Assembly: GCA_977030845.1 (NCBI GenBank)
Contig: OZ365111.1
Location: 38,688,001 to 38,752,000, forward strand
DNA from: Fimbriosthenelais zetlandica
Taxonomy: Eukaryota
Reading direction: 5' to 3'
DNA length: 64,000 nt
The notes below the pieces were generated by a model. It searched no databases. It had not been told where the DNA came from and saw only the letters and a program-made list of their open reading frames with translations. Position numbers and translations under genes: made by a program. Positions 39,701 to 48,056 of this stretch are shown here, piece by piece (the first letter of the stretch is position 1; every line of letters begins with the position of its first letter).

Positions 39701-42424
39701 TTCAAATTCCATTGAAGGTGCATATTTCAGTATGGGTCAATGGTTTTTTAATTTAAAAAAAAAATTCTTTTTAACATGATTCAGACTCTCATGTAATATG
39801 GTGGAACATTAGTATCAGCGATATCCTAGATATGTAAAACTGGGATGTAATTTTCAAATCGGATGTAATTTTCAAATCATCCACTTGTGGCAGCACTGTT
39901 CGATGTCTATATTTATGCTATATGCAAAACTATCTGCCCTTCCCATGTGAAACAATGTATTGATAATATACAAAAGAACTTTTAAAATTGTAATGAAAAA
40001 TGATCAGTTGTTCCAAAAAAAAAACCTATAAAATGAAAAATGTTCTTCTCATTGCTGGATTAGTACTAATCTTTTACATTGTATCTTATCCAGGATGGGC
40101 CGGCCTACTAAGTAAGAAGAATCTTGTCCTGGCCTCCAAGCAGCTACGGGAATCGTGCAATCAGTGTAATACTCTAGCCACCCATGAGACTCCGTGCATC
40201 GTCTCGGCTTGTCTTGTCTCCATGGAGATTCACAACTCTATACACATCATGACCGACTCGGTGAAAGCGGAGGAGAAGCGCAGCTCTAACATCCCACTCT
40301 CCACGCCCAGAGATGCTTCATGTACCCATATCCTGGTCTTCCCCACCTCCTCAACGGCACAGGTGCGTCACTCCTTCCAATTTGTATATTTTATTATCAT
40401 GGAGGGGAGTTAGCTCAGTTGGTTAGACCGCCAGCTCACACAGGGTGGTTGACCAATGATCGAAGGGTCGGCGGTTCAATCCCCTCAGCTGTCCAAGGCA
40501 TTTGCAATGTTAATAATGCACATAGAAAGAGCCCCCAGCTGAAAATCATACGAGAAACTTGAGTAATCAAGAGTGTGAGCTGGTATTCACCCATAACAGG
40601 CTCTATAAAAATTCTAACATACTCCGAATTTTTTTCATTGTCATTCTCCATGGTCAGTTGTGCCTCCCACTTTCTAATACAGTAAACTATGGTGAGTCAT
40701 TTTGAAGACATTATGCTTGCAGTTCGAAAAGAGCAGGTGATTGTCTGCTAACGTGATGAGAGAGCTGAAATATTGCTAAAAATTTAAAAAAAAAAGAAAA
40801 AGAATTTATGAATTAATTTTGATGAATGAATCATCAAATTAGGAGGGTACCCGGGTAAAAACCTAGAAACCAACTCTATTAAAATATTATATAAGTAGTA
40901 AATAAGTTTTCTATTGGAGACATACGTTAACTTTTACATTAACAGAGAAATTGGAAAAAGTACATTTGTTAGAATTGTGCGCTGTGGGTAACCAACCAAC
41001 TTATATATATATGGAAATTAAAAAAAATAATAAGATAAAATTATTTCTGTTCTCTAGCCAAACGCTGGGGTCCAACCGCAAGAGAACTTCATCGACATCG
41101 ACGCTGACCTTCCCACCGACATCGGCGACGACCCGATCTTCGAGGACTTCGGCGACGCCATCCATAGCTTCGATTTCCTCTACTCCCCAGTCAACTCGCC
41201 GGGCTCTCCCAAAAACAACGAGGAGAACGGTGTTAACATGGGTGGGGAGGGCGGACGGAACTCTCCCAACAACCCCGGCACGGCCCGACAGATGTCTCAC
41301 GACCCCCAGGATGACGACAAGCCCAACTTATTACAACAACCACTCGCCATGGGCTTCTACGCTTCCACGGCGCCCTCAGGTCCCATCCCTAAATGGTTCT
41401 GGTCTTCATGTCCCCACAGACAAAATATGTGTCCCTTGTGCTTCAGGGTGAGTTATCTTTCAAAATTTCAATGATTTAGAAAGAAATTTAGCTTTGAGGA
41501 CCACCAAGTGCTTGGGGATAGAGTGTCTGCCAATTTTGGTCAGCCCCAAAGGTGGTCGCTTTAAGGGGGAGCACTGTAGAAGAAATGAAAGGCATGTTAA
41601 TAGTATACTGAAATTTTAGCATTTAATATGAATGTCACTCTGATGATATAAGCAATGTCTTTATTTTTATGTTTTGTTATGTTTTTATATACATGTATAG
41701 GCTATGAATGCCATGTTTTGAAATTGTAAAAATGTTTAAATTCGTATTGTGTTTTTCTTTGGCAGGCGGCATTACATATCCACTGTTCTACAGTGCAGCA
41801 GAATCAGGAGGAATTCACACAAAACACTCACTCACGCAGCTCCCATCCTTTAGACTCTACATTTACATGTGATGTTTTAAGGTGAGAAAATAAGTTTTAA
41901 ATTTAACAAAAAATAAATGAAATGATTAGATAATCGGCTGAAAAGGATTCTTCGGCAATAGAACTATATGGAATACATTGATGATCAATGTCCTAGGAAC
42001 TATAATTGTTTACTCAAGAGTTATTGAGGGAATTATCTAGTCTTCAAATGTTTTAAGTTTCCGATGCTGTTCAAATTTATCCATGAGTATTTTGAGTATT
42101 TTCATAAATTTATCATAATTTTCATAAATTATCTTGACAACATGCCTTTAGATAACCTTTAATAAAATGAAATCCCAATAACAAAACAAATGTGTTGAAA
42201 ACATCATCCAGGTTTTATTCATTTATGACTTTCATGTAAATGTCATTGTCTCCCTACACTCATTTAGATAATGTCTTTTCTTGTCTTACAGATACGTGCT
42301 AGAGACGTACAATGCATTATCATGGCTCACAATGGACCCTCAAACTAACGAGCGGCGGTCCTGCCTGCCCGCTCACTTCATGATCCTAATGCAGCTTTAT
42401 CATGCCATGGACGCCTTTGTATAG
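13181..42424 (+). CDS. MED13: Mediator complex subunit 13 (MED13/MED13L-like), multi-exon gene, 5'-partial in this window; 21 coding exons, ~1912 codons
   Basis: Spliced translation gives recognisable MED13 blocks in the right order: [173 protein letters not shown]...RRSCLP. Intron phases are consistent throughout. Confidence 0.97.
14028..14204 (+). CDS. MED13: MED13 exon ([14 protein letters not shown]...AVEVIV)
   Basis: tttccag acceptor, G|gtaagt donor, phase 1-1. Confidence 0.95.
14950..15015 (+). mobile_element. SINE fragment related to the 40401 element
   Basis: gggttcagtccc B-box-like motif followed by tgtccaagacatt (compare tgtccaaggcatt at ~40490). Confidence 0.45.
18760..19095. repeat. 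CT-rich compound repeat, including ~36-bp units (ccctctgtgtctctccctctcttcccctctcttcac)
   Basis: Direct reading. Confidence 0.9.
21261..21352. repeat. 29-bp minisatellite (atatcctattatarcgcacgaccgtgcat x2 plus a degenerate copy)
   Basis: Direct reading. Confidence 0.8.
21651..21702. repeat. (AAAT)n microsatellite just upstream of a MED13 acceptor
   Basis: Direct reading. Confidence 0.92.
21719..22058 (+). CDS. MED13: MED13 exon ([14 protein letters not shown]...LTPPTSP)
   Basis: tttttcag acceptor, AG|gtaaga donor, phase 1-2. Confidence 0.95.
22371..22469 (+). CDS. MED13: MED13 exon (RHHTSSGCD...[16 protein letters not shown]); not in the ORF track
   Basis: ttttcag acceptor, AA|gtaagt donor, phase 2-2; WD-x-x-DP-x5-C-x-C motif as in MED13. 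Confidence 0.92.
22879..23676 (+). CDS. MED13: MED13 exon (Pro/Ser-rich region: LPFHRR...GIKRPMLP...[10 protein letters not shown])
   Basis: tttttcag acceptor, TG|gtacga donor, phase 2-2; lies in ORF 22907..23722. Confidence 0.9.
23977..24259 (+). CDS. MED13: MED13 exon ([10 protein letters not shown]...HDPFEFSEE...SSKQ)
   Basis: ttcgcag acceptor, CAG|gtgaga donor, phase 2-0. Confidence 0.92.
24423..24608 (+). repeat. DIRS left inverted terminal repeat
   Basis: 24449-24608 is the reverse complement of 30869-31028 with 1 mismatch in 160 bp; the outer 26 bp diverge from the right ITR. Confidence 0.97.
24777..27260 (+). CDS. DIRS ORF1, Gag-like protein (~827 aa from the first ATG) with an N-terminal Cys/His zinc-binding motif
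   Basis: CKH...[19 protein letters not shown] at the N-terminus, low-complexity S/P/K middle, helical C-terminal part ending ...RRDNLL...P..LFG; occupies the ORF1 position in a DIRS element. Confidence 0.85.
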   Translation: MVCKHRIPVWDNHTTCVRCRPCDPSRPCSVCLTWKTGKWKTLQSYLRYFLSRTRVSPLPSVLLQKIETLLSFTFVDSKPVMSESRRTGKKTPDLQAPCFSESKGTSQQVAASIPSSDSPLFGDNIVRAMDEHMAVHPVGGEDSHRQARPGPSAAGMGDNRGYSRTDGLSSPPPSSFSNSFKGATMAPSVEQVKKKKRKKKKKERQAPRLSSFSGSESVNSEDSPAEAEGVTQEGTTHQNHGETQPSDPFSENFSPNFRPLSDREFLSQITPAQRIGDQMRTPSAAAGAPPPVSEVPGLHWSVSQIQKLLELKQSELATSTIPSTSKVSGPPAAKSARLDPPPVSSLNERSRFDFLHSAHRENPGPERMHPQSSGISEPLCRTQLNVQQGSSHSSGLASVAHLMRMALDRLVEGSPGTEHSPESFRPPVAPPPERQQTETVRPHGDRSPLSSIDATAGSDFDEEEEEGSQASSDLCSTDRDQKKSTRMESFKKVLAIVPEILGPQTCPAKPLAQRSQYGAAHDILFQGDDPAPGTVLPYGECNVAIWNVLNSHLKGLPDRPGCTGDIPPELNPDPLVQGSKPLQSGSSFNVNRVPKIRYFNKRFYQLHSGPSASPPELDPDAAQYGFREGTSISVNKQALMLQEIHNRAIANAAISADYLIAAGMKLSQQDRGEEAKEVFASGVIAIRHILELAIRNSANHVLVRRDNLLDRSSFSSGPKDLLRQVPLQEHCLFGGHLAKVRESQASVDRDVFVGIARNKDSLSQRKRKGSSLKQSSSSRPQTRENSFSFPRSSERNPNWRGSHSRGPRGRGWRGSSSRAKPREKKQP
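26974..29400 (+). CDS. DIRS ORF2 Pol: reverse transcriptase + RNase H + adenine-methyltransferase-like domain
   Basis: RT: [46 protein letters not shown] (27973-27984). RNase H: [29 protein letters not shown]-like: VDLFAN (28894), DALSQSW, YAFPP (29011). Confidence 0.96.
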   Translation: MGVTWLKCVNHKLLSIGMFLSELPVTKTPCPRENGKVVVSNSLPRQGLRLERTLFPFPAPQSVTPTGGDPTQEAPEAEAGEVVPLALNHARRNNPRFQSSPSPSQEPCNVVPPEGLVGGAQALLGKIKPLVPVSRRLLGMQDIWGKILQTRNKWLYSVLRKGLKLQFSSLPQLASKPVPFQLPSGDRRVCLIREIETLVQIGAVVQLNPPFTPGFYASVFTVPKKSGGWRPVFNLKKLNTFLLKEKFSMDSVRSVMTAVQPGDWVISIDLQDAYLHVPIYRPHQKYLRFALSQHQVFEFRVLPFGLTSAPRVFTKLMLFVGTWARKRGLLLHQYLDDWLLRHQSKEVLLQQAWLLLRTMIKLGLLINLKKSMLTPNQVFTYLGIKFDTKKARAFPSQGWADKLSLTLPKFRLLAFAPALLWLQILGFLNSASLVIKLGRLHLRPLQLALLSQWRPQVDPLHQMVKVPPSLQVYLDWWLQARRISQGVSLLQPLVDLHLFTDACLKGWGAHIGEYQVQGRWTRYQSNSHINVLELLAVKLALIHFAHLLPSKVVLLHCDNVTAVMYLRNQGGTKSSKLLKLTWDILSWCEKEQVLLRVTHIQGKKNFRADALSRSIKLPPSDWMLKKEVAQSVFQIWEFPQVDLFANPENNQLPLFMAPFPTPMAVAMDALSQSWNPFLGYAFPPTVLVHAVLSKVRRDKANLVLIVPWWPTQPWFADLLNLLVDLPRELPALPDLLSQKGVLHSNPSLYHLHACRLSGLVWRQEAFQQKLLLEWQNRNAPHRDLSTNQSGMSLRSGALLAELIHSVPL
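27261..30308 (+). CDS. DIRS ORF3, tyrosine recombinase (YR domain from ~29240; long N-terminal part overlaps Pol)
   Basis: N-terminal SAM-like segment ([22 protein letters not shown]); catalytic motifs GRRRSEL (R), LCPVRAL, HEVR (HxxR, 30108), FW and RFYL (Y at 30216). Confidence 0.95.
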   Translation, partial: VSKLPISFARALQCGPSRRFGWGSTSFTRQDKASSPCIPKTFRDAGHLGKNSPDSEQMVVFRPKKRTKASVFQSSSACLKTCALPTPFGRPPSLPHPRNRDSSSNRRGSPTEPPLHPRFLCQCLHCSQKIRGMETSVQPQKTKHLSTQRKVLNGLSKVSDDSGSTWRLGNQHRSPGCLLTCPNLPSPSKIPAFCPQPTSGLRIPSPSFRPDFCPQSFHETHALRGNLGKKAGSVIAPIPRRLALETPVKGGPPPTSLALVTDYDKTRFTNKSKEIHVDPKSSLHLSGNKIRHEEGESLSVPRLGRQVISDPPEIQTPSLCSSSLVAADPRLFEFGFFGNQTGETASETSPTGLVESVEASGGPSPPDGKGSTIPPGLPRLVVTSETNLPRGQSLTTISRPASLHRCMSEGLGSPYRRVSGPRSLDQVSIKLSHKCSRTACSQASSNSLCPPPSFKGGAASLRQCDCSNVLTQSRGDQIFEIAQTNVGHPVLVRERTGVVKSHPHPREEKFPSRCSIEINQASPFRLDVKKRGRSVSFSDLGVPSGGSVCEPGEQPVTSIHGPIPDSNGGSNGRPEPILEPLSRVCLSPNSASSCSPFEGPKGQGKSGPNSSMVAHTTLVCRSSESAGGSPERVTSLARPPQPERGPPLEPIPLPPSRVQVVRVGLEARGFSTEVASRMAESQRPSSRSVYQSKWNVFKEWCSPRGINPLSPTLTEVADFLNSLFAKNLSVSTIRGYRAAISATTLAQGDLNIGQSTDLSALLRNFTIHRPVQAKRAPLWNLPLVLKFLLGPPFEPLGVATRKFLTFKTLFLVALASGRRRSELHGLGGSPDHCRFGKSYADVSLYFLSDFVAKNQKPGESCSHVSFPSLSRNVGRQEEERLLCPVRALRFYIQATKNKRQGKRRLFISLKDSIHEDIQASTLSRWIVEVIRGAYEKADSQLLRELQISAHEVRAMSASWAHFNGIPLPHIMKAAFWANESTFSRFYLRDLCGQADDLYSLGPVCAAQTVIDRPTK
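30719..30824. repeat. DIRS internal complementary region (ICR)
   Basis: 30719-30766 is the exact reverse complement of 24423-24470; 30765-30824 is the exact reverse complement of 31014-31073. Confidence 0.97.
30869..31073 (-). repeat. DIRS right inverted terminal repeat plus 3' extension (…ctaatttaggaataaattccc-at)
   Basis: Reverse complement of the left ITR, followed by an extra terminal segment that is complementary to the ICR. Confidence 0.97.
31115..31315 (+). CDS. MED13: MED13 exon (DEPSSRR...[21 protein letters not shown])
   Basis: catgtag acceptor 41 nt after the DIRS end, ACA|gtatgt donor, phase 0-0. Confidence 0.92.
32080..32173 (+). CDS. MED13: MED13 exon ((FQ)[12 protein letters not shown]...PTDII); tandem acceptors at 32080 and 32086
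   Basis: In frame with both flanking exons (phase 0-1); G|gtttgt donor. Confidence 0.75.
32300..32472 (+). CDS. MED13: MED13 exon ([16 protein letters not shown]...EETIK), ends at a GC donor
   Basis: MYPTPPS motif; AAG|gcaagt donor is needed to join DWSYVYK in frame. Confidence 0.9.
32782..33793 (+). CDS. MED13: MED13 exon (DWSYVYKP...[28 protein letters not shown]...CTCGFSA...LHKWPF)
   Basis: ttgcag acceptor, G|gtaggt donor, phase 0-1; lies in ORF 32776..33867. Confidence 0.97.
34231..34499 (+). CDS. MED13: MED13 exon ([24 protein letters not shown]...GPLTWKDFH...EPQPIP...FW)
   Basis: tttctag acceptor, TGG|gtacgt donor, phase 1-0. Confidence 0.96.
34983..35232 (+). CDS. MED13: MED13 exon ([19 protein letters not shown]...LGRHCPI...DGILRVG)
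   Basis: cttgcag acceptor, G|gtaatt donor, phase 0-1. Confidence 0.96.
35496..35555 (+). CDS. MED13: MED13 exon ([20 protein letters not shown])
   Basis: ccacag acceptor, G|gtaagt donor, phase 1-1; [10 protein letters not shown] motif. Confidence 0.95.
35619..35862. mobile_element. MITE family A, copy 2
   Basis: Perfect 13-bp TIR cagggttcccagc...gctgggaaccctg; internal agtgcttcatatgactaaaata shared with copy 1. Confidence 0.8.
35928..36086 (+). CDS. MED13: MED13 exon ([14 protein letters not shown]...SEEK)
   Basis: attgtag acceptor, G|gtgagg donor, phase 1-1. Confidence 0.92.
36819..37054 (+). CDS. MED13: MED13 exon (...[14 protein letters not shown]...GLLRCY...IQLQ)
   Basis: ttttctag acceptor, CAG|gttggt donor, phase 1-0. 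Confidence 0.95.
38543..38683. mobile_element. MITE family A, copy 3 (shorter, left TIR degenerate)
   Basis: gactctggaaatcggggaaaacct...tttcatgaactgatgggaaccctg matches the ends of copies 1 and 2. Confidence 0.7.
38761..38949 (+). CDS. MED13: MED13 exon (LVPLQ...[11 protein letters not shown]...LTGFGP...DTM)
   Basis: cctacag acceptor, ATG|gtaagt donor, phase 0-0. Confidence 0.95.
39267..39606 (+). CDS. MED13: MED13 exon ([11 protein letters not shown]...[15 protein letters not shown]...[17 protein letters not shown])
   Basis: ttttcag acceptor, G|gtgagt donor, phase 0-1. Confidence 0.97.
40094..40362 (+). CDS. MED13: MED13 exon ([11 protein letters not shown]...SACLVSME...[17 protein letters not shown])
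   Basis: atccag acceptor, CAG|gtgcgt donor, phase 1-0. Confidence 0.96.
40401..40610 (+). mobile_element. tRNA-derived SINE (Pol III A and B boxes); 3' end approximate
   Basis: A box TAGCTCAGTTGG (40411), B box GGTTCAATCCC (40473); an extended internal segment breaks the cloverleaf; a related fragment lies at ~14950-15010. Confidence 0.7.
41058..41447 (+). CDS. MED13: MED13 exon (PNAGVQPQ...[29 protein letters not shown]...CPLCFR)
   Basis: tctctag acceptor, AGG|gtgagt donor, phase 0-0. Confidence 0.95.
41766..41881 (+). CDS. MED13: MED13 exon (AALHIH...[14 protein letters not shown]); not in the ORF track
   Basis: ttggcag acceptor, AG|gtgaga donor, phase 0-2. Confidence 0.95.
42292..42424 (+). 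CDS. MED13: MED13 last coding exon ([43 protein letters not shown])
   Basis: cttacag acceptor; conserved MED13 C-terminus; TAG at 42422-42424. Confidence 0.96.
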
Positions 42425-45400
42425 CGACACACTGGCTCCACCAATCAATCAATCAATCAGTCATCCGAGAACCGACTTCAGTTCACCCCGATGCTTCCTT
42501 TAATGTCACCGCTCCAAACAAGCACCCATAGGTAAAGCCCTGTATGCGGGCTCTGTCCATTCTAGGAGTGTTAAGTGAATATTTAAGTCATTGATTTTGG
42601 AAGCAGGAGGGACTTCAATTGTCAAATTCACACAATTGATATTCGATTCCGGTTCGGGGAACAGTCCCCAAAAGCGTTTGTCCAATCAAGACACAGGACT
42701 TCTTTCTTGTGGCAGCAACTACCAAGTGATACCAAATGTAAAAAGACAAATTATAATATATCTATAAATAATAGATGATGACAATCTCAAGGAAAACCAA
42801 CCTATTGTCTGACAGTTCATCTGTGAAATTTGGTCAGAGAGTGGATGCCAATGTAGTGAGTGAGTACCGGTCACATGGCAAAAAAAAACAAATAACTTTT
42901 ACAAATAGGACAAAACAAATTAACACCGGTCCAGGGCGGTGGGTTTAGTTGGAAGCCCTTCGCTGGACCATGCCGGACAAGAGTGTGATAGCCCCTGTCT
43001 GCTGGTGATATGATATAAGACTAGGAAACTTTCATATAGATATGTCTTATCAAAAAAAATAACAAAAAGACACTGGTCTCCACCGGAGTGAGTGGAGACG
43101 CGTTCACCCCCCACAAACCTGCTGTGATCAAAAATGGACTTTTTTTTCATGGAAAGATGGCCACCTAAGAGTGAGCCGGATTTAATTGTACAGTTGTTGT
43201 ATGTACATAATATGAGAACAGCTCTGCACCGACCACCCACCCAAACTGGTGGATTGATCGACAGGGACTGGATATACTGAAATAAAACTTTGTAGGAGGA
43301 AGGATGCAGTATTATGTATTGTGAGAGAGAGGGACACTTCAACATGAAGGAACCATACGATGAGGGATAAATGGAAACGATTACTGAAATCAGAAAAACG
43401 ACAAGTTTTAGTCTCACTGGAGCATCACTTGGGACCGATGGAATCCTTCAAGAGAATCGGAAGTGGAGGAAAGAGAAGAAAATGAAGGGAGGAAAGTATG
43501 ATATATAAAAAAAAAAGGCAGCATTCAACTTTTGCAATGGGGACTTTTGTACTCTGTGCATTTTGTACGCATAAAAATAGAGGAAATATCCTGGGCTGGG
43601 GTCACGTTTCCCTGGAAGAAACAAGAGAGGCACAACATAACGTTCAAAGTGCAGTGCATGAATTTGGAACACACCTACATTGATGGGAAAAATTATAATT
43701 TTTTCACGATGCATAAAAATACAAAAAACAATTCTAGTGCAAATACTGTCACATCATGTCAAATGTGGAAGTGATATATGTGACGATAAACATAAACACA
43801 TTGATATGTGTATGTTGAAATAGTGGTTGAAAGAATAGAAATGTTTTAAAAAAAACAAAAAACAGTGCATCCAAGCTTCCCCCAACGACAGCAACGCATT
43901 CAGGGATATTTTCTAATCATAATAATCAAATGAGAAGCAAAAATAAGAAAGGACAATAATTGATCTTGTGTGGCTGGGGAAACGCATTGATTTCTCTATG
44001 GGTGATATTATTATTATTATTATTGAGGAAATGCTAGGCGACATCTACCACCATCTGAGCTCTATGACTCAGCTATAAGGACTGGGTAATTGTGGTCATG
44101 ATCATTTCAATGTTAAAAGATAGGAGAAAAATGAAGGTTGCTTCATACAGTATTGATGAGATAAAATAGAAATTTTAAAAGGTACGGGTGTGATACTATA
44201 GATTGGACTTCCGTTGAATCGGCAGGTATTGGACTCGGTTAACAGGGGTTGGTTGCGTAATGTACGATCCATCCCTAAAAAAAACCGACTGTCCAACAGT
44301 TGTAAGAATCACTTTATTTTGCTCTCAAAGAAACCACACTTTTAGTGATGATTTAGTTAAATCCTGGGTTTCGTCCACAGTGCACTTCAAACCTATATTA
44401 TTATGTTGCATCCACTCCCTGCAGAATAGTTGGTTACAGTCTTGTATCTATGTATTTTTGCCTGCCTTTAAATGAAAACACAATTTGCATCCAGGTTCCT
44501 TTTCTATAACTCGTAAAATATGCATGTATATATGACCAACTTGGTGTCATGCCCCCCGACAGGGTGTATTTTCAAAAGAGAATCATTTCAAAAAGTTTCC
44601 TGGAAATGTTTGGTCAGGACTGCATAATAACGACCGTGATGTAACTGTGATGAAAGAAGTTGAAATCCAGGAGGAGAAAATGGTATATTTGATAGACAAA
44701 AAGTTTAGTCAATGAAATATCTTTTCATTTCGGTTTCTCTTTTTCAATCGCCCAAATATTTTGTCATCATTACTTCTTTCTAATTGCGTCATTCAGGAAA
44801 TCACTGGTCATATATTTTCCGTAAGATTCAAGCACCCTTTCTAGCATACAGTTATTCTTGCTACCTCAAATTAAAGACTTAAATCAAGTTGGAAAAAAAA
44901 GCATGCTTAAAAAAATCCCTATAGAAACCTGATTGGAAATGGGCGCTAAATATTGATAGTTTTGATATTATCTGGAAAAAATAGTTTTCCTGAAAAATAT
45001 TATATATAAAGGGTAAACCCAAGGTGTCCAAAAATAGCTATTAACTCCACCAGAAGGCATAACACTTACATATATATGATATATGAGATGGTTTCATATT
45101 CTGTTCAGATCCAAATAATACTGACTAATCCAGTTGTTTAATTTTTACGAGGACATTCCAGCCTTGAATTTGCATTGACAGACAGAAAATAACCAACTGA
45201 GAGTTATGACTTTATACACAAAGATCCAAGAAATTAAGAAATGTTTCAGGGGGACAGTGTGAGGGATTATGTATCATAAGTGTGGTGATCTTGCCCAGGG
45301 AGGGGAAAAAGAAAGCAATGCACTTAATTTGTTTTGGTTGTCCTCATTCAAAATCCTATGTCAAATGTACCCACTGATGAAGTTGGACCAAAGGTATTTA

Positions 45401-46929
45401 TAACAATATTCTGTTGATGTAAAATAATCAGTGAACACCCTGGGTTTATGCTTTTCCTTGGAACGTAAATCTCTGTCATTTTCTATTGAATGTAGCAATG
45501 GTCACTGTGTGAATTTAATATGCTGTTATAGCAGAATAGTCAATGGAAAGACGTGCCACCGAATGTGAAAGCAAAATGATCTCAGAATGAATATTTGTGG
45601 TAAGGACTGTTTTTTTAAAAAAACAACTCTGGATGGAAGGATATCTCCTGTACGACACACAGTATTAGATGGTGACCTTAATAACTAGAATTTATGTTAT
45701 CAATTTATTTTATGTAATTAAAAGTAATTTAAAATACACTTAATACCGCAGGTCAATTTGCTTTATGAAGGTTATCATTTATTATAGCCTTGGTGTAGAT
45801 ATTGTTGTTTCCATGACAACAAACCGATTATCTCAACTGCCAAATAATTGTTGCTACAATGTGGCCGTATATATATAAATATATTATATATATGAATCTA
45901 TATCTATGAATCATTAACTGTTGCCTCTGCTTTTGTACAAAAAAAATGGCACGTGGTTGTTAAAAGATCTACACATTTTTACCCGAGACCTATTGATATC
46001 CCCTGTTGATTTTGCCCCCCTATTTGTAGTAGAGTTGGACGCAACCGGACTAATAATGGCAAATGACGGTTTTTGATAGATTTCCAGAGGCATGCAAAGA
46101 ATGAATCAAGATACTGATATATTATCGAGGTTGTTTTATACAAAAAAGACAGAAGAGAGTTTAAAGTATTTCCTCATTCAGAGAGGCTTGTATATAATGC
46201 AGTAGTTCAGAGCCGTGAACGCCCAAGTTGTACGGACTCTTAACTTATAGAATTCTATTATATTATATATATGATATTAATGGCAAAATGCAGATCCTTA
46301 TTTAGTATACAGAGGGTTAACTTATATGCAAATGACACATTGGTAAAGTTGGGAGACAAAAAGATAAGGCATTAATTATATTTATATGTAAAATAAAAAA
46401 TAAGAGGATAAAATTAAGCCTGACACCACCTTAGCACAAAAGAATGGCTTCCCAAATATTATAGCACATGGGTTAGCCTATTTAGTATAAAGGGGTGGCA
46501 GATTGTACGTCTGGCTGTCATGAAATGTCCTGTGGATGTCCGAGCCAGATTTTCAAGGTCAAGGTCAGTCTGTGGCCTTGACCTATGACCTTGAGGCAGG
46601 CCTTGACCTTTGTTTTGTATATAAACTATACAGATAACTAAACTATAGGCGAGCGAGCACTGTCATCTGACTGTATGTATTCTCTACGACCAAAAGTAAG
46701 TTATTTTTCGTAGATAGAGCGAAGAAAAGTAAATGTATGTTAGCAGATAAAAGAAAATAAAACATGTTGTCTTTTAATGCATACCATGATCTTGGGTTTT
46801 CTATTTTTCCCCCTTTCAAACTTTTTATTAAGTAAAGAGTGACTGACAGAGTGTTTCCTAATAGCTGAAAATTGTTCAAAGTAATAGTATCTACAGTTGC
46901 GTTGGCCATCCCTCACCCACTGCGCCCGC

Positions 46930-47465
46930 TAGCGCCACCTAGACAGAACCGAGCTGCTCTACACATTAATGTACAACTTTCCTCCTAATTTCCTCAGGAG
47001 CATTTTCAACGAGATGAAGAGACTGACACGGCTGCGAAATGTCTGGACAAGATATTGAATATTTCATTAAAAATAGACAAAAGACGCATGGATTTATTTT
47101 TAAAATTTTATTTCAATTCAAGACATATTCATGCTTTAACATAGGACCTAAATAAGAACCAGGAATGGTAGGCTACTTAGAGTACCTTACCACAGTAGGC
47201 CTAGTCCAAAGACTGCAGAATGATTCTACACACTTGGACTAGGCCTAATGACTGGACCCCTGACCATTACACGCCACCTACTCACTAGGTGGCAGCAGGG
47301 TATAGCCAAGTAGGCCTATGCCAGACTAAAACCCCATTGCCAACTAGCGTCAATGTGGATAATTACCTAGGCATGCTTAGCTGGACGAGGCGGCGCCATC
47401 TATTGTAGCGTCGAAGAAGCTACACAGTAGCTATTTCTATAAGGTGACTACAGCGCCCCCTACTC
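46930..47465. promoter_or_regulatory. Cluster of CTCF-like motifs
   Basis: TAGCGCCACCTAGAC (46930), CACGCCACCTACTC (47270), CTCACTAGGTGGCAGCA (47281), GGCGCCATCTATTG (47392), CAGCGCCCCCTACTC (47451); compared by eye with the CTCF core CCASYAGRKGGCRS. Confidence 0.5.
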
Positions 47466-47981
47466 TTTGTCATCCACATCTTCCCACAACGCAGTATACA
47501 CCACCTCGCCTTTCTTTTTCTCAACAGAAAAGGTCTTTTCACAACGTGTGACTTATAGATGAAGTAATTCTACGGCATAATTCCCAGGCATTGATATGTT
47601 ATTTCCGTCCAATAAAGGGTGAAAACTTGAAAATACCCCTGCCAGCCAATCAGCCATCAGAATGAATGCACATGATCACTCATTCATCACAGAACAGCTA
47701 TGAGCTACCGGTATACGACAGTGTACATATGGCTATGCTCTTCCACCACCCTTGAACAGGGTAGGTAGGCTACACTTCTTTTCTAGGATTTTCAGAATAT
47801 TCTTAACAATATTCTAACCATCTCCCTCTCTGGCTGTCTCTCTCTCTCTCTCTCGCTCCTCTCTACATTCTCTGCTGGGAGCAGCATTGGTTTTCCTTAT
47901 ATTATCGCTCGCCTGCCTGCTTGTGTTTACATCTGCCTTGGTCTTTACTCTCCCTCACACACACACTACATCTGCGTCTCT

Positions 47982-48056
47982 CCCACTTGCTCTGTCTTCC
48001 CCACTTGCTCTGTCTTCCCCACTTGCTCTGTCTGTCTGTCTGTCTGTCTGTCTGTC
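47982..48056. repeat. Short tandem repeat (cccacttgctctgtctt) x3 followed by (TCTG)n
   Basis: Direct reading. Confidence 0.85.

Noticed and set aside
40401-40495. Possible tRNA gene
   Set aside because: The A-B box spacing is expanded and there is no clean acceptor or anticodon stem; called a SINE instead.
23041-41451. Antisense and alternate-frame ORFs over MED13 exons (e.g. 23100-23438, 31051-31350, 32879-33199, 39362-39640, 40951-41451)
   Set aside because: Shadows of GC-richer coding exons.
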